A DNA stretch of 64,000 bases, taken from IMG/VR virus record IMGVR_UViG_3300027770_000039, positions 46,974 to 110,973 of that record. The stretch is one strand, 5' to 3'. This document shows, in pieces, positions 19,893 to 29,345 of the stretch (its first letter is position 1; each line of letters begins with the position of its first letter). Both the position numbers and the translations under genes were made by a program. Origin of the DNA: a virus. The notes beneath the pieces are model-generated. The model made no database searches. It saw only the letters and a program-made list of their open reading frames with translations, and was not told the origin of the DNA.

Positions 19893-20342
19893 TTATGACA
19901 GATATGCTGTCCCTGAAAATGGTTGAGCCATTCTCAGCGTTATTTTATTTAAACTATTGTAATCCACTTCAGTTTCTACAATATCGCCTGAACTAGCTTT
20001 TACTGTTACGTTTGGGCTAAATCCAAGATTGTGCTGTATTTCTATGGAGTATGATCCTTGCAATAAAACAAGATTTTGTAAAGACCAAGAACTAGAAAAA
20101 GAAAACTCTCCTGGAGTTTGAACTAAGGTTACTTGCTGAGCATTACTCCAAGACAAATCATTAAGTTTTGGTCCATAGAATTTTGTTGTAACAATATCAT
20201 AATAGAAATCTCCAGTTGTACCCAAATTGTTTGAAGGTGCTCCAGAGCCATTTAATATTGTTCTTCCAGCAGGTCCTTGTGGTCCTGGGGAACTAACAAC
20301 TACTTGATTTTTTACTCCTGATATAAATACTTGCTCTGCCAT
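19893..20342 (-). CDS. Virion structural protein
   Basis: PGPQGPAG, GAPSNNLGTTGDFY, HNLGFSPNVTV. Confidence 0.65.
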   Translation of the reverse strand: MAEQVFISGVKNQVVVSSPGPQGPAGRTILNGSGAPSNNLGTTGDFYYDIVTTKFYGPKLNDLSWSNAQQVTLVQTPGEFSFSSSWSLQNLVLLQGSYSIEIQHNLGFSPNVTVKASSGDIVETEVDYNSLNKITLRMAQPFSGTAYLS

Positions 20343-20689
20343 CAGATGGTTACCGATCTGCTAAGAGATATAAAGCCTTCAAGTAGTTTTATTTTATTCA
20401 AATTGCTATCTGTAACCATTATGTCATATGATGATTTTGGATAAAATAACTTGCTTGTTTGTGTTGGTGTCATCTTAATTGTTAGCTTACCGTTAGTGGG
20501 GTCTATTACAATTCCGCCAGATGGCGATGTTAGGGTAAAAGCTAATTTAGTTCCGCCTTTTAAATCACGGACTTGCATTTTTGCAGAAGCGCCAGTTAGA
20601 TCTATGGGATTTCCATCTTGATCTTGATAAATTGCTTCAAACGTGTGGGTTGTGTTTTGATCCACTTCCCAATTTTTTTGTCCTGCCAT
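20342..20689 (-). CDS. Virion protein (BppU-N/baseplate-like)
   Basis: PIDLTGASAKMQVR..YDIMV..LLEG motif. Confidence 0.6.
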   Translation of the reverse strand: MAGQKNWEVDQNTTHTFEAIYQDQDGNPIDLTGASAKMQVRDLKGGTKLAFTLTSPSGGIVIDPTNGKLTIKMTPTQTSKLFYPKSSYDIMVTDSNLNKIKLLEGFISLSRSVTI

Positions 20690-20760
20690 TTGCTAGTACT
20701 CCTAAATAGGAAAACTCCTATGCCAATTTTAGCACAGGAGCTATCCCAATCGAGTAAGAT

Positions 20761-20985
20761 TTACTTCTTGGTGAATCCAAAAGCTAGTTCATTTGGATTT
20801 AACGCCTTCAAGATAACGGGGGCACAAGCTGCAATTCCGCCCATCAAAAGGTCTCTAGGGTTTGTGTTCCCTGTCATGTACAAGGCAATTGCCGCACCTA
20901 AGAAGTGGCGGCCATAACTTGCTAGTGCTGCTAGAATTTTTTCTTGCATTTCTAATAGTCCATTCTGTTTAAGATCTTTTTTCAT
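20761..20985 (-). CDS. Small membrane protein (holin-like)
   Basis: Two hydrophobic segments, ALNPN...FG tail, AGGAGG RBS. Confidence 0.5.
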   Translation of the reverse strand: MKKDLKQNGLLEMQEKILAALASYGRHFLGAAIALYMTGNTNPRDLLMGGIAACAPVILKALNPNELAFGFTKK

Positions 20986-21233
20986 TTAGATCCTCCTATT
21001 TCTGAGCATTGCGCTCAGCAATTTTGGGGTTTAACCCAATTATATTATACTACCATAAATAGATATTGACAAGCCTGCCTAGTGTCCAGTCAGGGATCTC
21101 CAGCCTTGTAGAATTAAACTATTTACTATATATATAGAAAAAAGATTAAAAATAATTTCAGGAACAATATAAAAATTACTTTTACCGACAGGTTTTTCTA
21201 AAAAAATCTTGTAAGATGTCTTAGAATCTAGCC

Positions 21234-23168
21234 TCATGAAGAAATATCTACTAGCTCGCAGTTTCCGTCTGAGCTACAGGCAAGAGTGGCATTTGTAGAT
21301 GTGCCATCTTCTGTTTCGTAAAAATACAAGTCTGCCCATCTAATTTCTTTAGGCATTTTTGCAACCAGGTCTTCATATTCTAATTTAGAAACTTCTTGAT
21401 ACGGAGCCTGCTTGTATGAGTGATCAGACATGGGCAAAAAAGATATACCAGAGACTTCATCAAAGTTTTTATATACCCAAGCTCCTACTTCCATCCATTC
21501 ATCTTCTTTTACTGAAACTGTGATAGATGGCTTATGCTCACACCATGCACGTTGGTAAACTAACCAAATATTTAAGTGTTCAATTGCCGTCAAATCTTTT
21601 CTAACCACAGCCCCGTCTGGAGCTTTTATTGGAAACGAAAATACATAGGTGTCGTTTGGCTTCATAACGTCATCCTCTACTGGAATCCCAACTTCTTTTA
21701 AAAATGTAGATATTGGGTCTCCTTTTGAGCCACGAACTGTTCTAATGTAATACGGAGAATGCCAAGCATGCATTCCTGAAGATACTCCAACTAATTGAGA
21801 TACTGTTCCCGATGGCTTTACACATGTAATAGCAGCAGACTCTGGAATTCCAAGATTTCCTGCCTCTTTTTTATTTGTCTTTCTAGCTTTTTCTCTAAGA
21901 GTCATTAAAAATGCTTCTAAAGACACCAAGTCTTCTTTTCCAGACATAAACTGATGACCAAATTGTCCAGTCAGAGATACCCCTAGTAATCTTTCCTCTT
22001 CTGTGTTATCTTTCCAAATTTTACGAAGGTACTTAAAATTAGTAAGAGTAGACTGCCATGTTCCAAGAATTGTTGCTAGTTCTACTTTACGCTCAATATC
22101 TTTTTTTGTATCTTTTTCACGTAGTACGACTTCTGAAAGATTACAAAACTGATAAGGACGTAAAATAATTTCTGAACAAGGGTTAGTTCCGTAGTGTATA
22201 TCTGGATCTCTTCTTCCATACTTGGCTGCCTGGGCTTGAGCTGCGGCCACATTGTATATACCTCGTTCTCCTGATTTTGAATCATATAAGGATTTCCATT
22301 CTGCAATAAATTGTTCCATCTCTGGTTTACGAGAATACGCAACAGAGTTATTTGAAAGAGCACGTTGTCCATTATGCTCCCACCAATTACCAGTTTTTGC
22401 TTGTGCCATTTCAATATCATTAATATTAGAAAGAGAAATTAATGCAGACCTTCTAACTCCACCAACTACCACAATTTCTCCAATCTTACACATAATGTCA
22501 TGTGCCTCAATTGGTTTAAATGATCTACCTGCTGCAGATTTAAATTTTGCAATTGTAAAATCAAACAAGTTAACTAATGGCTGTGGTCCTGATGACCTAC
22601 CACCCATAGTTTTAAGTCTTGCGCCAGCGGGACGAAGTTTGCTTACATCAATTGAAGGAACTTGACCAGACCAAAGAAGTGCAAGCAATTCACGAAACGC
22701 TTTTGCCCAACCAGACTTAGAATCTTCAACAATAATTACTGTTGTAGACTTTTCAAAAGATTCTGGAATCGCTGGAAGCTTATTAATGTATTTATACTCA
22801 ACGGAAAATCCTACTCCCGTTCCACACATAAGTATATACATTGTCTCGTCAAATGATCGTGGAGAATCTACTGGTATAAACGAACAGTTATATCCTGCAA
22901 CATGGTCTCTATCTAAAGCAGGTCCTGCTGTCATTACAGATCTCATTGATGGCATTACATCACGATTGTAAACAGATTCTTTTAATTCTTTTAATAAATT
23001 TGGTTCTGGGACGTAGCCATTGTTGTCTTTAAGATACTTTATCATGTAGTCAAAATATCTATCTACTGTTTCTGCCCATGTCTCACGACGGTTTTCTTCT
23101 GAAATCCATCTTGCATAACGAGACAATGCAATAAAATTTTCATATGGGTTTTCAATAATTTTTGACAT
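21234..23168 (-). CDS. nrdJ: Class II (AdoCbl-dependent) ribonucleotide reductase
   Basis: PSMR, YNCS, GTGVG, GGVRRSA, TNPCSEI, CVKPSGTVSQL and C-terminal Cys pair. Confidence 0.92.
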   Translation of the reverse strand: MSKIIENPYENFIALSRYARWISEENRRETWAETVDRYFDYMIKYLKDNNGYVPEPNLLKELKESVYNRDVMPSMRSVMTAGPALDRDHVAGYNCSFIPVDSPRSFDETMYILMCGTGVGFSVEYKYINKLPAIPESFEKSTTVIIVEDSKSGWAKAFRELLALLWSGQVPSIDVSKLRPAGARLKTMGGRSSGPQPLVNLFDFTIAKFKSAAGRSFKPIEAHDIMCKIGEIVVVGGVRRSALISLSNINDIEMAQAKTGNWWEHNGQRALSNNSVAYSRKPEMEQFIAEWKSLYDSKSGERGIYNVAAAQAQAAKYGRRDPDIHYGTNPCSEIILRPYQFCNLSEVVLREKDTKKDIERKVELATILGTWQSTLTNFKYLRKIWKDNTEEERLLGVSLTGQFGHQFMSGKEDLVSLEAFLMTLREKARKTNKKEAGNLGIPESAAITCVKPSGTVSQLVGVSSGMHAWHSPYYIRTVRGSKGDPISTFLKEVGIPVEDDVMKPNDTYVFSFPIKAPDGAVVRKDLTAIEHLNIWLVYQRAWCEHKPSITVSVKEDEWMEVGAWVYKNFDEVSGISFLPMSDHSYKQAPYQEVSKLEYEDLVAKMPKEIRWADLYFYETEDGTSTNATLACSSDGNCELVDISS

Positions 23169-23364
23169 ATATACCTTTTTCTTCGCTTAGCGTTTGATTA
23201 TTTTTGGATGAGGTCTAAGTGTATCAAACTTTATTTATAAAAAGAAGTGTTTATAAGTTTTTTAAAAAATTATTATTACTCAACTAAAACAATGTTTAAT
23301 AACTTAAATAGTTATATATAAACGCTAAATCATTACTTTACACAAAAAATATTAGTTGACTAGA

Positions 23365-23394
23365 TTGACTTATTCTTGTTTCTAATGGTATTAT
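23365..23394 (+). promoter_or_regulatory. sigmaA-type promoter for the lysozyme-like gene
   Basis: TTGACT-18-TATTAT with extended TG; AGGAGG RBS before 23421. Confidence 0.6.
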
Positions 23395-23420
23395 TATAGT
23401 TCGTTATCTCTAAAGGAGGA

Positions 23421-23978
23421 ATGCCAATGGAGAAAATTAAAGAACGTTTGAGTGATGTAGTCCATAACTGGATGGCAATAGGAGTAGTAGTACTATTTTT
23501 ATTTTCCGTTCAACCAGGGCCTACGGCTTCTCAAGCTTTAACTGTAGAAATACAAAAAACTGAAAAACAACTAAAAAGAGAAATACTAGATAAGTTCAGC
23601 AATGAAACTTATAAGCACTCTCAAATTCTTTCCCCAGAAGATTTAAAAGATTTGCTGTGGGCTGTTGGATTTGAAGGAGCTAGTTTAAAAACAGCTTGGT
23701 CTGTTGCAAGGGTAGAATCAAACGGGAGACCGCTTGCTCTAAACGACAACAAATCGACTGGAGATAAATCTTACGGAATTTTTCAAATTAATATGCTAGG
23801 GGAACTTGGCGTAGACAGATTAGAAAAATTTAATTTAGTTTCAAATAAGGAATTATTTGATCCAGTAACAAACGCAGAGATAACGTATTTTATGACTAAG
23901 GGCGGTAAAGATTGGTCATCATGGTCTGCTTCGACAGGCAAAGCCCAGGATATTGTAAAAGATTTCCCTAAACAATAA
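23421..23978 (+). CDS. Secreted lysozyme-like/lytic transglycosylase
   Basis: N-terminal TM segment; ARVESNG, SYGIFQIN, LFDPVTNA and WSSW motifs. Confidence 0.85.
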   Translation: MPMEKIKERLSDVVHNWMAIGVVVLFLFSVQPGPTASQALTVEIQKTEKQLKREILDKFSNETYKHSQILSPEDLKDLLWAVGFEGASLKTAWSVARVESNGRPLALNDNKSTGDKSYGIFQINMLGELGVDRLEKFNLVSNKELFDPVTNAEITYFMTKGGKDWSSWSASTGKAQDIVKDFPKQ

Positions 23979-23987
23979 GGAGCCATA

Positions 23988-24206
23988 TTGAAAAAGATAC
24001 AAATCGTATCTAAATATATAGCCCTATCGGAAGAAGGCCTTGTTCCTAGACTTGAATGTCCTATGGATCAAGGCTTTCTTATGCCTAATGTAGATTTAAA
24101 TGATAGAATATATTTATACTGCCTTTCTTGCAGTTACAAAACAACAATTGGGAGTAACCGTTATGAATCTATTGAAAAACTTGTTAAATCAAGAAGTTCC
24201 TACTGA
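23988..24206 (+). CDS. Small Zn-ribbon protein
   Basis: CPMD...CLSC; AAGGAG RBS. Confidence 0.6.
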   Translation: MKKIQIVSKYIALSEEGLVPRLECPMDQGFLMPNVDLNDRIYLYCLSCSYKTTIGSNRYESIEKLVKSRSSY

Positions 24207-24274
24207 CGGTGGTCAAATAAAAGAAACAGACTCTATGGGTCGAGAAATATTTTGGCTAGACATAGGTAGACCCA

Positions 24275-24490
24275 ATGAATGAAGAAAAAGAGCCTTCTCA
24301 AAACTTAGAAGATAACCTTCCAATGGTTAATTATATTATGTTGCACAGGATATATGATTTATTAGTGCTAATATCGAAATCAGTTGCTGAGCCAGAAGAA
24401 GTTCAAAAAATGATTGACTATCACGAAAAAGGTTTTTTGCTTGGACCCGTTCCTTCTTTTACTTCTGTAGATAGCAATGAAGATGTCTAA
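24275..24490 (+). CDS. Hypothetical protein
   Basis: 71-aa ORF in operon context. Confidence 0.6.
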   Translation: MNEEKEPSQNLEDNLPMVNYIMLHRIYDLLVLISKSVAEPEEVQKMIDYHEKGFLLGPVPSFTSVDSNEDV

Positions 24491-25919
24491 AAAAAATCTA
24501 GTAAACATACCTCCTTTTTTTTATTTTCCAAAAAATATGTTTTATCTAAAACCAATGACTTTAAAAACTTTAAAGAAAAGAAATTTATTAGAAAAAATAC
24601 CCAAGATAATTAAATTAAAAGCTAACTACCATATTAACCAAGGAAATAGAGCAAAAAATTTATTAAAAATATTAAAAAAACATGGAGAAATTGTTTCTTT
24701 TTTTGTAAATAAGGAACTTTACATTACAGCTTTTTCCCCAGAAGCTGCATACCAAGTATCTGTTGCTCAAAAAGATAACTTTTCAAAAGGTAGAGGCTGG
24801 AATAGAATTAGAAAATTTGGTGGCGAAGGCATGTTAACACTAGAAGAGCCTACCCATTCTGAAAGAAGAAATATTGCGCAGCCGAGCTTAAATTATAAAA
24901 AAATACAAAAAGATTATTTTGACATTATGTGTGACAAATCTGAAAACAAAATGATTGATTGGCAAAGAAATAAAAAAATAGAAGTACATACTGAAATGGT
25001 GCATTTAACTCTTGAAATAGTTTGTCAATCTCTATTTGGCATTGATTTTAAAGAAAAAACTTCTTTTGTTAAAAAACATATGGATATCTGTGTGACAAAC
25101 GGAGAAAGAACGGTGTCTCCTCTACTTCATAGATTTGATCATACTAATTTACCAATCTTTAAACAATTTAGAGAATCTTCAATTGAGCTATACAACTTTG
25201 TTCAAAAAACTATTGATGAAAGAATTAAAAATCCTATAGAGTCAAACGATTTATTAAGTGTTTTTATAAAATCATACCAAGATCCAGAAAGCAATTTATC
25301 TTTATCTGACATAAATAATGAAATATTAACAATGCTACTGGCTGGGTTTGAAACTACGGCAAATGCTTTATCTTTTGCAATATGTAACATAAATGATAAT
25401 CCTAAATACCTTGATCTTCTTAAAGAAGAAGCAAAAGAAATACTTTCAAAAAGAAATGATGATAATTTTATAGAATTAGTATCTAACGCAAAAATTTGCT
25501 CATCTATAATTAAAGAAACTTTGCGAATTTATCCTCCTCTTTGGATACAGCCAAGATTTTGCAAAAAAGATTCTATAATTGACGGTTATTTTTTTCCACA
25601 AGGATCCAATATTGTTTTAAGCTCTTATCCTATTCACAATAACCCTAAAATATATGAAAGTCCAGAAAAATTTATGCCAGAAAGATGGACTAAAGACTTT
25701 GAAACAAATCTTCCAAGAGGTTCGTACTTTCCATTTGGAATGGGATCTAGAAAATGCATAGGAGATATGTTTGCTATGCTAGAAATGAAAGTAATTTTAT
25801 TAAATATATTTGGAAACTTTGATTTAAATACAAAGAAAAAAAATCCAGGTGGTCAATCACACGTTTCATACAGACCTTTAAAAAAAATAAAAGCTACAAT
25901 TAAACCTATTGACTTATAA
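24477..25919 (+). CDS. Cytochrome P450
   Basis: I-helix AGFETT, K-helix ETLR, PERW and heme-binding FGMGSRKCIG. Confidence 0.95.
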   Translation: MKMSKKNLVNIPPFFYFPKNMFYLKPMTLKTLKKRNLLEKIPKIIKLKANYHINQGNRAKNLLKILKKHGEIVSFFVNKELYITAFSPEAAYQVSVAQKDNFSKGRGWNRIRKFGGEGMLTLEEPTHSERRNIAQPSLNYKKIQKDYFDIMCDKSENKMIDWQRNKKIEVHTEMVHLTLEIVCQSLFGIDFKEKTSFVKKHMDICVTNGERTVSPLLHRFDHTNLPIFKQFRESSIELYNFVQKTIDERIKNPIESNDLLSVFIKSYQDPESNLSLSDINNEILTMLLAGFETTANALSFAICNINDNPKYLDLLKEEAKEILSKRNDDNFIELVSNAKICSSIIKETLRIYPPLWIQPRFCKKDSIIDGYFFPQGSNIVLSSYPIHNNPKIYESPEKFMPERWTKDFETNLPRGSYFPFGMGSRKCIGDMFAMLEMKVILLNIFGNFDLNTKKKNPGGQSHVSYRPLKKIKATIKPIDL

Positions 25920-25943
25920 ATTAAAATATTTTACTATTGCATA

Positions 25944-26026
25944 GATGCAAGCTTACGGTTTGCAGTTGCGTTCTTTTAGAATGCATTAAGCCCAGACGGA
26001 CCCGCCTCTGTCTGGGTTTATATTTT
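25944..26026 (+). ncRNA. Candidate three-hairpin small RNA with its own promoter
   Basis: TTGACT(25909)-17-TACTAT(25932). Hairpins at 25946-64, 25967-85 and 25987-26020, then a T-rich tail; no ORF. Confidence 0.55.
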
Positions 26027-26047
26027 ATTAGGGTGTATAATTAATTC

Positions 26048-26209
26048 ATGAGCCCAAGATATTTTTCTAAATTTACCAATAACCCCTCTTCTGAAGGCGG
26101 TTGGTATCATTTTACTGGTGCAAACTTCAAGCCAGGGGACCCTGAGTATAACATGTATATAAAATTTAAATTATTTAAGTATAAATTTAAAAAATTATTT
26201 AGAAAATAG
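26048..26209 (+). CDS. 53-aa leaderless hypothetical protein
   Basis: TATAAT-6nt-ATG; MSPRYFSKF...KKLFRK. Confidence 0.5.
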   Translation: MSPRYFSKFTNNPSSEGGWYHFTGANFKPGDPEYNMYIKFKLFKYKFKKLFRK

Positions 26210-26295
26210 CTTTACCTAAACCTGCAGATTAGCCCTCTTAAGCCTTTGAGAGCCGTTTTAAGACAATTTTATACACATCTGTCACCTATTTGCCA

Positions 26296-27045
26296 TTAAG
26301 AGGATTTAGACGCCTTAAACTCATTTTCAAATTGTTTACACATATTCGTAATTTCATCATACATTTCTGTAATTTCTAAAAAATTTTCTTTTTCTAAGTT
26401 TTCTTTAATTGTAAAAAACAATTTAGCCTTATTATAAATTTTAGGCTTTTCTTCTGGTACGGCATTAGTGTACCCTGGATGAGATAATGGGTGAACTCGT
26501 ATTTCTTTTCTTGCTTTTTCTAAAAATTTATCACAATCTTCATTAGAAAGAGAAAGATCTTTTCCTAACAGTGCTTTTGTGAAAAAATTAATATCTGACG
26601 TAACCTGGTCGAAAGTAAAGACATTAAGATTTTTAAAATTATCTAGTGTCGCTTTGGCATACCCTTTATATATCTGTATCTGGGCATATATGTGTTCGTC
26701 CATATTAAAGTCAGGGATTTCTGCTGCAATAACAACCCCGTTAGATACAGTATCTCCAGCTCCCCCATACGTTTTAGTAATTACTGAAGATATAACATCT
26801 TTAGGGTTTCTTACAACAGTAACCTGTTTTATTGTGTCATAAATTCCATACAATGACATGATGTTGTTAGATCTTGATACAAAGTTATTGTCAAAAGACG
26901 GGATAGGGCTAGTGTTAATTGTATTTATATTAGAATCTAGAGGATTTCCTCCTCTACGGTTAATACTTTTTGCTAATAGGTATTGTGACCAAGTAGATCC
27001 ACTTCTAGGCATAGAGTTAATTATTATTTGATTGTATTTATACAT
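26296..27045 (-). CDS. Sulfotransferase-family protein
   Basis: 5'-PSB SMPRSGSTW and 3'-PB VRNPKDVISS. Confidence 0.75.
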   Translation of the reverse strand: MYKYNQIIINSMPRSGSTWSQYLLAKSINRRGGNPLDSNINTINTSPIPSFDNNFVSRSNNIMSLYGIYDTIKQVTVVRNPKDVISSVITKTYGGAGDTVSNGVVIAAEIPDFNMDEHIYAQIQIYKGYAKATLDNFKNLNVFTFDQVTSDINFFTKALLGKDLSLSNEDCDKFLEKARKEIRVHPLSHPGYTNAVPEEKPKIYNKAKLFFTIKENLEKENFLEITEMYDEITNMCKQFENEFKASKSS

Positions 27046-27769
27046 TATATCTCTTATATTCTCGGTCTAGTGAATCGTCGAAAAAGAGAGTGAATTTGGA
27101 TATTTCATGTTCTCCTAATTTCTTGCCACTTAGATCAATTCCTTTTCGATAAAGTCCAGTACCCCTACCAAGTTCTGTCTGACTATCTACATATGCATGT
27201 TGATCTTCAGGTGGAAAGTCCTCTAACATTCTTTCATTATATTTAACAGTAATTTTACTATTATTAAGTGCGGCGGCGGAAAAGGGCATAAATGCTGCTA
27301 TTTGTGTATATGCAGGTATAGTTATTTTCTTATTAGGTTCGGTTAACCTCAAAGTAATTTCCCATGCACCTTTAAAAAAGGAGGTGGAAAGAAGTGTTGT
27401 ATATACCTGAAATCCTTCATAGAACTTATTAGGAATAGGATAGGCCAACATGCTAGTATTCTTATCTGTCTTAAATCTAAGTCCTGTAGATATAGCTAAT
27501 GTGGCCCAACCTCTATGTTTATGTATCCAAGTATCTCCAGAATGTACTGTAATTCCATGATTTTCTTCTGAGTCATATGTCCCATCCCAGGTAAAGGAGA
27601 TATCTTCTGGAAATGATATGCCATACCCCATCTGGTTAGCCAATGTCATAGGCATACATCTGTATACTGCATCAAATGGAAGATTATCCATCCAATCTCT
27701 CTGTACTGGAAGAGGAGAAATTATTCCAGATCCCCCGCCTTTTAATTTATAAACTTCAACCTCGTACAT
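27038..27769 (-). CDS. DUF6065-like protein
   Basis: RDWMD...YRCMPMTLANQMG..ISFTWDG. Confidence 0.65.
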   Translation of the reverse strand: MYEVEVYKLKGGGSGIISPLPVQRDWMDNLPFDAVYRCMPMTLANQMGYGISFPEDISFTWDGTYDSEENHGITVHSGDTWIHKHRGWATLAISTGLRFKTDKNTSMLAYPIPNKFYEGFQVYTTLLSTSFFKGAWEITLRLTEPNKKITIPAYTQIAAFMPFSAAALNNSKITVKYNERMLEDFPPEDQHAYVDSQTELGRGTGLYRKGIDLSGKKLGEHEISKFTLFFDDSLDREYKRYNV

Positions 27770-27970
27770 TTAAACCAATACGTAGGATAGAAATATGTAA
27801 GCAAATCCAAAGATAAGCATACTTGCAACTAGCTTCTTATAAATAGTACCCATCCCATCATTATACAATATTAGACTATATATAGCTATATAATCCTAGT
27901 TGACTAGAATATATATACCAACATTACAAGAAAAAAGATTACTCCTATGGTTATATAATCTGCTTTGCCA

Positions 27971-28504
27971 TTATTCATTAATTTCAGTTACCTTAAAATT
28001 GTCCCAAACAACAAATGCAGTTACAGGTCTTACTTTTTTGTTTTTACTAGGCTGATGATGATTCCAATAACATAAATCTTGCTTATTAGCAGTTTCTATA
28101 GCTTCCTCTTCACTATTAGCCATAACTTCAATTTCATAAGATTCTTCCGTTTTGCATAAAACTTTATAGGACTTGCTTCCTTCTCCAAATTTCTGTCTTG
28201 GATCTACTAAAAACGTATATTCAAAAAATTTTCCTTTTAATACTTCAAATTTAAGTTTTTCATTAAAAAGTATAGATCCACCTTCACATACGGATGTAAT
28301 TTTGTCTCCAGTTTCTTCTGGAAATACCACGCTAAAATTATCTTCTCTAGCTACTAAAGCTTTTATATAAAAAGGATCTTTATTTTCATAACGATACATG
28401 TATTTACTTATTACCGTTTGTTGGATTTTCATCATAACTTCTAGATTATCTTCTAAGTTTAAGCCATGGAAGGTATTAACATTTGTTACTATGCACTCTT
28501 CCAT
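27971..28504 (-). CDS. Hypothetical protein
   Basis: 177 aa with GAAGGA RBS; C-terminal EVMANSEEEAIE motif. Confidence 0.6.
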   Translation of the reverse strand: MEECIVTNVNTFHGLNLEDNLEVMMKIQQTVISKYMYRYENKDPFYIKALVAREDNFSVVFPEETGDKITSVCEGGSILFNEKLKFEVLKGKFFEYTFLVDPRQKFGEGSKSYKVLCKTEESYEIEVMANSEEEAIETANKQDLCYWNHHQPSKNKKVRPVTAFVVWDNFKVTEINE

Positions 28505-28760
28505 ATATTTCCTTCTATGCTTTATGTTTTCTGTGTATTTTCCAGAATTGGAGCATAGGAACCCCTACACCCCTTAAAAATTAAAGAGTATCCCCGAAAC
28601 TGGCACTAGGTTGTAAACCCGCAATTAATCGGTTCCTGCTTTGCTTAATGACTTTTCCGTCATTGTATGCACCTGAAGTTTAACCCCTTGATATTATCTC
28701 CGAAAACTGTTCAAGGTTATCATGATAGCATTTAAAATATTTCTAGGTCAAGGATATTTA

Positions 28761-29051
28761 TTATTTATTTTTAGGAATTAAAGTCTGAGGTCCTTCTGTA
28801 CCAAATAAAGATTTTTTAATAGGAACACAGTTAGGTACCTGTCGACCATTTTTATCTTTCATGCCTACCTGCTTGTATCCGCTCCAACAAGCCTTTTGCA
28901 TATTGTCCCATTTGTCTTCTTCTTCGTTATCTGACTCATAATCTTCGGATTTATACATATTGTCATGGCCTTTGCACATTTTCATATCACAGCCACCGCT
29001 TGCCTTGCACGCCATGCAGCCATTACACTTACAGCTTATTGTATTATCCAT
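28761..29051 (-). CDS. Cys-rich hypothetical protein
   Basis: Leaderless (TATAAT-5nt-ATG); CWSGYKQVGMK..VPNCVP motif. Confidence 0.6.
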   Translation of the reverse strand: MDNTISCKCNGCMACKASGGCDMKMCKGHDNMYKSEDYESDNEEEDKWDNMQKACWSGYKQVGMKDKNGRQVPNCVPIKKSLFGTEGPQTLIPKNK

Positions 29052-29345
29052 AATTAAATTATAGCATTATTAATTTTAAGATCTTAGATATATAATCTTA
29101 GTCGACTAGTATTTTAGATTTCATAAAATGTTAATATATTTTTAATTTGTATGATACACCCCTGCGAGATGTCCGATATGCCCCATTAGTGCGACCATAT
29201 GTGATGTAACTCATATGGTTTTAGCAAAGTTTTTTTTAATTTGTCCGACATGTCCGATTTGTGAGTGGCAAATTGTCAGTCCCCCCTGTTAGGATTATAG
29301 TATAAAGAAAGTAAGAAACTCTTACTAAAGAAAGGCGGTAATCTA

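Noticed and set aside
21234-23400. Intron/intein in nrdJ or a cobalamin riboswitch upstream
   Set aside because: The ORF is continuous at a normal size; the upstream region is AT-rich with no B12-box.
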